This document shows positions 53,631 to 64,000 of a stretch of 64,000 bases of DNA, one piece after another. Every line of letters begins with the position of its first letter. Position 1 is the stretch's first letter. This stretch comes from Eledone cirrhosa. Lineage: Eukaryota. The notes below the pieces were generated by a model. That model did not search any database, had not been told where the DNA came from, and was given only the letters and a program-made list of their open reading frames with translations. The position numbers and the translations under genes were made by a program. The stretch spans positions 13,268,001 through 13,332,000 of the forward strand of contig OZ024743.1 in the NCBI GenBank assembly GCA_964016885.1, given 5' to 3'.

Positions 53631-53653
53631 AGTATCGTCTTCCTGTCTTCTTT

Positions 53654-53775
53654 CGGTTGCAACGTTTTTTGAAATATTTATTTCTGCGTTCACAGATTGA
53701 CTTTTTTAGTTTCAGAAGATCCCGTTAAGGGTGAAAGCAGCGATTCTTTGCTTAACTTTAATCTGTTATTTTAAT
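53654..53775 (+). ncRNA. Solo pLTR fragment of the 12.5-14.5 kb element family, carrying the CAGAAGA hammerhead-like motif (53692-53766)
   Basis: Near-identical to 14283-14404; stem III AGCA...TGCT is intact in this copy. Confidence 0.7.
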
Positions 53776-54224
53776 ATATATATATTGACTTGAGAGGGCG
53801 TGCGGTATCTTTGCACTGGAGTGGCGGGGGGAATCCTGAAAAGATAAAATGCCGGTATACGTAGCCGGACACCAGCCGGACAGGCTGACAGCCGTATGTA
53901 TGTAACATACCTTTCGCCAAACAGCACCACATTTGCACCATAGATGTAACGTTTTCCAAGTAAGAAAGTGAGGGTATTTTTGTCTACTAAATTTAGTTAA
54001 AACATTAAAGATATTTTATTGTTTATTTAAATATTCACTTCTTTACAATTTTCAAATGTCAACACTTCCGGTTAGCGATCTCTTGCTTTCTTAGTCTGTA
54101 TTTTTAGATAAATACATAGCTATAACGTCACACCCTTATAATATCTCTCTATGTCTGGCTGTCTGCATTACGAAAACCATTCTGTACATTGACTTCTCTA
54201 TCTGTGTGTATATATGTATATATA

Positions 54225-54272
<48 letters not shown>

Positions 54273-54599
54273 TTAGTATCATAAATAAGAGACAGTTTAA
54301 TTTGTACATTTTATTACAACATTCCTTTATACGTATATATATAGATATGTAAACATGTTATTTACAGTTGTATAAAAAAGAAGTATAATTGTTTCTACTT
54401 TTGGAACAAGGTCAGCAATTATCGCAGTACATTACTGGTACTTTATTATATATAATATATATAATACGACATTCCTCTCTCTTTCTTACTCTGTCTTTTT
54501 AGATAGATACATAACTATAACGTCGCGCCCTTATAATATGTCTGTATGTCTGCCTGTCTGCATTGACTTCGCTTGCAACCAACTTTTAATTAATTATAT

Positions 54600-55104
<505 letters not shown>

Positions 55105-56222
55105 ATGAATATTGGTTTATCTAAGCCATCGACCAATAATGGTGTAATCAAAGGTAAGTACTTCACGTCAATGATATCATAAGGTTTTACGTGTATTATA
55201 TCAGACGCAATATCAATGTTAAGAAGAAGAGAACGATTTCACTCATTCAAGTTAAGTTCTCTACATCATACCTGATATGTACATTTTAAAGGCATTGTAT
55301 AACAATTATCCAATGTGTTGTTATCAGACTGGTGTTTAAATGTAAACAGTGTTAGGCTTTTCATTTTGGTGTTTGATATGCCTGCCATCGAAGGAATGTA
55401 AATATTTCAATTTCTGGCAGACATAATGTATACTATCTGGACGATAGCTTTGGTGAAACAGAGGCAGGGAATGGGAGCTACTGTGGTGGAAGGTGGAAGT
55501 AGGTCGTTGTACTAAGAGAAGCCAGGTTCTTTCTTTGGTCATTAGATCTGTCACTCAAAGTGGTTATAAACAAATAATCCTTTCAAGTTGATTTATCTAT
55601 TTTTATTATTTTATTGCCAATATAATATATCGGTTAAGTCTTTACAGGTGCTTATATTCGTTCTACTTCTATGATAATCACATTAGTGGCAATATGTTTC
55701 TAGTGAATGGTCGTTTGTTTAAAGAGTGGTACAGAGAGAAAAAGTTAAATCGTACGAGTACGGTTGTGAGTGTGCCCGCAAACCAGATCTTAATAGGGAG
55801 GGTTCGCATCATCGTAGCCAAACGTGCGTATTTATGGTCATATAACAATAGTATAATTACGTGAGCCTGAATGAGGTGTTAGGAATATGCTTCACTATCA
55901 TGAAGTCTGATACCACTGAGTATAACCTTCAAGAAAAGTCATTACCAACGCAACCGGTAGACAGAAGTTGAGTAGATAGAAATTGTGCGCAAGCGGGTCG
56001 GATGGATTGAGTGTGTGCGCGAGTTTATATATACATAAAGGAATTTAACCATGTACATGACATACCACAATCAACATAGAACACTCCCCGTGACTGACAA
56101 GAAAAATAATAATTTTTAGGATTATTTGATTTGATACTTCAACTTTGTTTTAATTGCATGCCCATATATGACTGTACCCCTTGTTAAGTTCAAAAAGGTC
56201 CCTGCCATCCTAATTACTACAG

Positions 56223-56284
56223 TTTTAGTTCGGATCTAGCTGTCGAAACGGCCGGAGCTCAGCCGGCGGAGTACTGACTCTTTT

Positions 56285-56367
<83 letters not shown>

Positions 56368-56878
56368 GACAGTAGCAGTGGCAAACTGGGTAGGGTTGTG
56401 TTAATGCTTAATATAGCAGCGTGACGTGACCAATATGGAACACTCGACCATAATTAAATAAAAAATGTTTGCAGTTAATATATATATATGTCATATATAT
56501 ATTTATATATATATATATATATAGGAAAAAGTATGACCCCGACGGCAGAGCTCAAGCAGTTTCGACGGCTATTTCCAGAAATAGCCCACGAAACGGCTTG
56601 AGCTCTGCCGTCGGTGTCATACTTTTTCCTATTTCTCACTCTACTACCCTAAGTATTGAGGACTCTGGTGCGTTATGGTCCATCTGGTTCCTTACCAAAA
56701 TTCCTTTGTTATATATATATATACACATATATATATATATAATGACAGTAGCAGTGGCCAACTGGGTAGGGTGGGTGTTAATGCTTAATATAGCAGCGTG
56801 ACGTCACCAATATGGAACACTCGACCATAATTAAATAAAAAAATGTTTGCAGTTAATATATATATATATATGTCATAT

Positions 56879-56910
<32 letters not shown>

Positions 56911-56913
56911 GTC

Positions 56914-57003
<90 letters not shown>

Positions 57004-57033
57004 ATATATATATATGTCATATATATATATATA

Positions 57034-57087
<54 letters not shown>

Positions 57088-57824
57088 TATGTATACGTAC
57101 ATACATATATGTATACAGACGTACAGTAGTATGTATATGTATACATACATGCACATATATATATGTACGTATGGATTTATCGAGCATTTATTATAATGCC
57201 GAATTAAGCCGTACTGTATTTAGAAACCATCGTTTCCCTTTTGTTCAACACTGACAAAGGAACGATGTACTATTTTCAAGCTTATTAGCTATCGTCAGCA
57301 TCGTATACCTTCCTGCCAGATGATTGAACGTCTGAAAGTATATACTTTCCTTATGCATATTAACGGCTGAGCAGCCTAATTTGCATATTGAGTGAGTTAA
57401 TCGGCCGGGCGCACCGACAACGATAAATGGAAAAAATGAAACGAAATTTTATTTCTCACTCTTAGTACGGCTGTTACTTAAATATAAGTATGTATACGTA
57501 CATACATATATGTATACAAACGTACAGTAGTATGTATATATATACATACATGTATACATATATATAAGTACGTACGGATTTACCGAGCATTTATTATAAT
57601 GCTCGGTTTGTTCGTAAACAAACATCCCGAATTAAGCCGTACAGTGTTTAGCAACCGGTTTAGCAACCGAAAAATCCATACGTACATATATATATGTGTG
57701 CATGTATGTATATATATACATACTACTGTACGTCTGTATACATATATGTATGTACGTATAAATACTTATATTTAAGTAACAGCCGTACTAAGAGTGAGAA
57801 ATGAAATTTCGTTTCATTTTTTCC

Positions 57825-57860
<36 letters not shown>

Positions 57861-57993
57861 CAAAGGAATTGTGGTAAGGAAGCAGATGGACTATAACGCA
57901 CCAGAGTACTCAATACTTAGGGAAGTAGAGTGGGAAATAGGAAAAATTATGACCCCGACGGCAGAACTCAAGTCATTTCGACGGCTATTTCTG

Positions 57994-58033
<40 letters not shown>

Positions 58034-58219
58034 GTGAGGTTTCTTTTAAAAATGAAAACTAACCGAGGTGTCCTACAGGAGTGAAAGTATAAAGAAAAAA
58101 AGATGAAATCGAAAATGCAACTGTAGTCCTTTTTCTTTTAAAATATATATATATTTATTTGGTTCCTTTACCAGTTCTGATTTTCAAAAGTAGAGTTGAG
58201 ATGGAGGGTCTGTGGCTTT

Positions 58220-58307
<88 letters not shown>

Positions 58308-58742
58308 ATATATATACAGTAGTATATATATATATATAAATATAAATATAAATATAAATCGCATTTCGGCAAGTAGAAATTAGCGAAACGCAACTTCCGA
58401 ATTGTGTTGGCGAGCGCTCAATGGATATGAGTATACCAGAGCTAGAAACATAAGTTAAAAAGGATATACGAAACTGAGACGATGGTTAAGAAGCCATTAC
58501 CCGCCTAAGCCCCAAAAGCGGGCAAGCTAAGCGGGTCAAACAAAATATATGATTGAAATATTTACCCGGACCCTGGGAATGATGGTAAAATCCTGTATAT
58601 ATAACATACATATATATATATATATATAATAACTGCAAACATTTTTTATTTAATTATGGTCGAGTGTTCCATATTGGTGACGTCACGCTGCTATATTAAG
58701 CATTATCACCAATCCTAGCCATTTGGCCACTGCTACTGTCAT
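56223..58742. repeat. Mosaic of three unclassified repeats (A, B, C) in direct and inverted copies embedded in (TA)n
   Basis: A: 56363-56480, 56740-56857, inverted 58630-58742. B: 56223-56289, hairpin 56521-56632 extending to 56712, inverted 57857-57998. C: 57085-57230, inverted pair 57423-57581 / 57672-57830. Confidence 0.88.
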
Positions 58743-59162
58743 TTCATGACCGAGTAGCAGTTAATACGTGAGATACCGGAACCAACTTAAAAATCGTAGT
58801 AATGTGATCGATTTTCGGAAATACCAGATTGGATTGGCGGCTAATGAGAATTCCATCGTCCGGAACTTGTTGGTTATGTATTTATTATTAAACGTTGACC
58901 AGCGGATTCAGCACTGAACAAGCTTACATGTGAAATGTTGTAGTCTGGCAGATTTTTGTGTGCTAAACTAGGACGATACTGTTGATTCAATTGATGAAAT
59001 ATTGAGTAATTTATCGTTTTCATATGTTAATTTGTTCATACAATAATTACACTGTTTTCATAGGTTTAGGTTTCCTGCTAGGGATGTATTATAATTACGC
59101 CTATGCATATGCTCGAAATGAATTTGTAAACAATTAGATCGAAATCACTGGATATATAAACC

Positions 59163-59224
<62 letters not shown>

Positions 59225-59270
59225 ATCAGACACACACAGACACAGACACACACACACGCACACACATACG

Positions 59271-59302
<32 letters not shown>

Positions 59303-59938
59303 TACATGCTTGGTCCTGATGGAGTCGTAGGGGCGCCGTTTCTAGGGCAATTTGTAAACCTGGCGGAGCCCATCTCCTCATTACGTCTGAATACACCAGA
59401 TTTCTTCTAGAGAAGAATAGAGAGAGAGAGTGAGAGAATGGAAGTAATAAAAAGACAGAGAAAGATCGACCCCAGTACTAGGCTGGTACTTTTTTATCGA
59501 TCTTGAATGGATAAAAGGCAAAGTTACCTTCAATAGAATTTAAACAAATAACTCAAAGCATTCTATCCGACGTTCTATATATTTGTGTGTGTGGATGTAT
59601 GTAAGTATGGTGTGTGTAGGTATGTATATATGTATGTTAGTAAGTATGTAAGTATATATGTGTGTATAAAGACATGGAAAGATATATAAGGAGATAAGGC
59701 TTAAGTGACGCGAAAATACGTCGAATCATCATTGGTGTAACAGTCACACGACCGTCCAGCATAAAATGAGTGTGTGTTCGAGTTCGCCAGATATTACTGA
59801 CCGCCATTTTCGTCTCTAGGGTCTTATATACCAACAGTTTTCATATCGAAAAAAACAGGTGTTGAACTAATTACTTCTAATCTAACATGTAGTCATAATT
59901 CGCCCAATGCTTCTTGAAAATATGATTGTTTATTTATG

Positions 59939-60126
59939 CACACCTCCCAATCTCTAAAAACCCAAACGGGGTGTAGCATGAAGAAAATGCTCCTAAATGG
60001 GGAGAAATGATGGTAATATGGGGAGATTTACATAATGTAAGCTATACCCATTTTCACAAAGCTATACCTATTTACGCAAAGTGGGTGGGAGATCTTCCCG
60101 TTGAGCGGGAAGAGTTGACAGGTCTG
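59939..60126 (+). mobile_element. hAT-like MITE
   Basis: Degenerate TIRs CACACCTCCCAA / TTGACAGGTCTG; 8-mer flanks TATTTATG and CATATATG (6/8 match); second partial copy at 10408-10526. Confidence 0.68.
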
Positions 60127-60505
60127 CATATATGTGATTTATAGAATATTTTTATATATTACGTGTATCTTTAGACATTACATATTGCAGCATATATTTA
60201 TACATTATATTAATTTACATATTTATTTCGTGGATAATTTATCGGTGTGTTTATATATCTTGCAGTTGTACTTCCTTGATAAGTGACTTCATACGTGATA
60301 TAGGATTGAAACAATTATTTGCCCTTTAAAACACACTATGTTAACTTTCATTTATTTGTTAATTGTGTTACTACCAGAGTTGCACGAGATTTGTTGAAAG
60401 TCAGTTACTGTCCTATTTTTTACAAGATTTTTCTGTTTCCCTTATCTATTTCCCTTTTTCAATATGTTAATTATATTTCTTTTTAAGAACGTCAGTCGTT
60501 AATTT

Positions 60506-61745
60506 CTTTCACGTGTTAGAAGATGAATACTTGTTTTATGCTTTGTCCAGCTGTCTATTTCTGTGTGCGAATTTCTTTCCTCTTAGTTGTTTGAACTTTT
60601 GGCTTGTTCCTTTCAGATTCAATTCATTTTAGATTTCGTTCTCCTCACCACCCTATGTCACTGGAAATTGCTATCATTTCTTAATTTATTTAACCATTTA
60701 TCATTATCGTTATTATAAGAGATTTTAACTATTGGTAGGAGTGTGTTTTTTAAAATGTTTCGGTTATCAAACGTGTAAATGAACTTGTGTCGATTCTTTT
60801 TTTTGCGTATGAGTTGGTCTCAGGTTGTCGTTCTTATCGAGACCAGAGGAGTGAACAGTTCCTGGGACACACTGCGAGGAGGTCAAAACACTTAGGCCCC
60901 AAATCTGTGTCGGTGTCACCCATGTTGAGTGGAGCCGGTTTGAGCCAGTGTATCTGTAACAGTGCAAACGGAAGCCAGTCATGCATTGTGATCAAAGATG
61001 TCTGATGTAGATATTGCCAGTCATTTACGACTTATACGATGGATACCATATATACCATAAGATATTATCTCACGTTATGACTTGATCGGACAAGACCACG
61101 TTTTCAAGTTTCCAACTCGCCGTTTACGCTACCATGGGAGGTGTTGTGGCGCAACTGCATTTTGGATGAGTTTACATTGTTGGGGCCGAAATGAATGACC
61201 AAATCGATGATAAGTAGGTGTTATTGGAGAAAAATCAATCGGACAACGACAAGAAAAGTTTTACACTTCAGCTAATATGGTGGATTCTGCGAAAGCAAAA
61301 ATGGAAACTAATTCTAACTAATTTAATATGCGAAATTATATAGAAGGTTGGATTGAACGATCGTTCGATAGATGTGTAGTTTGTTGTTAGATTGATATAT
61401 GATCGGAACGATAGTCTGCATTTAATCGACAGAATTCAGCGACTGATGTGGATAATCAGCTTCGTTTTGCAATATATTAATTGTTTCTCTTTAAGCATGG
61501 CAATGGTTAATGTCTTTCACGTGTCAAGTGATAACAGAAATGTTTTCATGCTTTATCCAGCTGTCCCTTTGTGTGTTAATTTCGTTTTATTTTATTTCTT
61601 TTTTTTTATCATGCTTTTTGAACCTTTGACGTGCTGCCTTCAGATTCAATTCCTATTATATATCGTTCTCTTTCAACTACACTTTGACATTGCTATCATG
61701 TTTATTTTATTTAATCATTTAACTTTATCAATATCATTCGTAGTT
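60506..61745. repeat. Old diverged direct repeats (about 210-230 bp) about 1 kb apart
   Basis: 60506-60712 vs 61513-61745 share TCTTTCACGTGT, ATGCTTT.TCCAGCTGTC, TTCAGATTCAATTC, TCGTTCTC, ATTGCTATCAT and TTATTTAA.CATTTA. Confidence 0.75.
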
Positions 61746-62299
61746 TTCGCCATGTGAAGAAGTGTTTGCTTTGAACAGTCATTAGGTTTTTATAATGTGT
61801 CTTAATAGATGTATCTAACACATGTCTATAATAGCTTTTAATTTAGATCATTACCATATTGATTAAACTAGCAGATGTATGTAGCAAACTACAACAAAAA
61901 TAAATAAATTTATATATATATATACATTGATATATAGGAAATAATACACACCTGATGTACAATGGAATGAATCCTACTCAATCCTGATTGTTGTTTATCG
62001 ACAGTTCAAAGATGATCGAGCCGACCTAATACCATAAGAGTTCTGGCCGTATTGTAGGCTGTGATTTTGAATATTTGGCTGTTAATTTTAGCAGGTCGAA
62101 TGTCTACGTAAACACTCCACTATTAGCTGCATCAGTGTCACCCGATCCGGACTGTAGGTTAAAATGAGACTCGCATTCTAACATGCTAGATGGCTTATTC
62201 TATGTATTTTGATAGATGCTATTTTGATTTTTAAGAAAATTATTTTATACCCATGCAACGTTAAATTTCCTTCCCCTACCATTTCCAAAATAGTAGAAT

Positions 62300-63120
62300 A
62301 GTTGACAGCAATGACATCAACAACGACATCTACACTACATAAATGATATCCATGACTACATTTACATCCACGATAACAACAGCATGTGACATACACACCA
62401 AGAACAACAATATCTACATCACTAATGGCTCAACTACAAAAATAGTATCCACAGCAAAATCACCCGTAACAACAAAATTAACAACTCCAGCAACAACATT
62501 CTTCACAACACAGTATTCAAAATGTCCTCATCTCCAGCAACATCGACAACAATATGTAGCAACACTAATATAACAACAAAAACATACACAATAACATGTA
62601 TCTCGCCAACATCCTGCACGACACACGAAAGCAAGTTTAACAACAATCAAAACGCAAAATAAACTATATAAAAACTATAAAAACGAGGAAAATAACAACA
62701 AATTATGAAGAACAATACGATAATAACAGAATAACAACTATGATAAATAATAACAAGCAATAATAAAAGACTAACGACAAATAAACAATAAGAATGAAAT
62801 TAAGAACAATAAAATATAATGATTTCTTTATTTGTTCTTTCTTTATTATCTATTGTTTATTATTTATTCATTTATTTACATAAAACAATTCCAACACTAT
62901 CGCCACCAAAAGCAACAATCTAAACAGTTAGAAGCTCTCAGAATTCCAACCATCACCATCTCCAAACAATAACATCACGATCAATGACAATAATAGTTAT
63001 ATTCAACAACCCATATAATCTCAATGCCACGCTAACCACCATCCCTCCAACACCTCACTATATCTTCTTGCCGTCCTTCCTCACCGCTTTCTTCTGTTTC
63101 ACACCGCGGATCATCATTTT
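62300..63120. repeat. Degenerate (ACA/AAC/AAT)n low-complexity region
   Basis: Direct reading. Confidence 0.7.
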
Positions 63121-64000
63121 ACATTATATACAACATTCAATAATGGCAACATTCCATTCCATTTATGTATGTAAGCATTTTAGGTGTTATATAAAAAGCA
63201 CTACTGTCATTTACATATAGCATGTGAAATAATCAAAGAATTTTAAATGATGAATGGTTTTTTGGCACATTTCTTTGGTAAAGTTTTCTTTAAATTCTGT
63301 CACAAATGGAAGTGAAGAAAGAAAAATAAATATTTTCACTCTGCAAGGCCTAATGAAGATCCAGATATATCCAGATATATCAAATTGATTTTAGATTGTT
63401 GTAGTCCTATTTCATGTCTTTATATAAAATATATTGTTCAATGTGTCTTCCCTTTCTACGTTGGTGATTTGAGACGTCTGATGCTATTTATAGCTTTCAG
63501 GTTGGCTCTTTCACATAATTTACAGAAATGGGGTACATTTTCAGAAGGTTGTTCATTAAATCCATGTATAAAAACATTATATATTTGTTCGTTTTTCGAA
63601 GAAATGTGAATACTTTGTTGCTTTTACTTTTTCCTGTTTATTCCAGTACTTTCCCCTTCATCCTCCGTCTCTGTTGTATACTTAACGTCAAAAGACGAAT
63701 TTGGGTAGTGTTGTTTGTTACGAGAAAGGGAGATTCCTGCTGTGAGGCCTCAGCGACAAACAGCGAAAGGGGCACTCTGATAACACGCAGGGCCCGTGAC
63801 GTTGATGTTTTTTGTGGTTTTTGTCCACGCTTTTCTTCTATTTACCTCTGAATATCATAGCCGAGGAAAGAGTCCTTCGGTATCTTTGTTAGTTTCGAGA
63901 AACTAAGATGGTGGAATCTCTTTCACTAATTCAAGAGATTGGACCGGTGGTGCTGCTAGAATGGCAATTATAATGTTCTGCTGGTATGGCAAAGATTTAT

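Noticed and set aside
57317-57352. Hammerhead-like CAGATGA...GAAAGTATATACTT
   Set aside because: Stem I and stem II do not pair convincingly; only the palindrome GAAAGTATATACTTTC is certain.

Overview
AT-rich, microsatellite-dense animal genomic DNA. The repeat landscape (tRNA-headed Nin-type SINEs, long (TA)n/(CA)n tracts) suggests an octopus or other cephalopod, but that is inference. I found no intact protein-coding gene. Main contents: (1) an intronless, stop-disrupted selenoprotein O (SELENOO) retrocopy at about 5184-7332 that keeps its C-terminal Sec codon (V-S-TGA-S-S-stop) and has a candidate decayed SECIS; (2) a full-length 6.2-kb Helitron (16199-22424, minus strand) with both termini and a frameshifted Rep/Pif1 ORF; (3) two different Penelope-like retroelement fragments (RT+GIY-YIG at 12.5-14.5 kb, GIY-YIG at 49.0-49.7 kb); (4) several hammerhead-ribozyme motifs, including a non-canonical CAGAAGA core present in two copies, and several head-to-head inverted duplications; (5) CR1 and RTE LINE 3' ends, hAT MITEs and a Tc1/mariner relic; (6) many SINE copies, several with clean target-site duplications. 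Most short ORFs in the supplied track are microsatellite or antisense artefacts.
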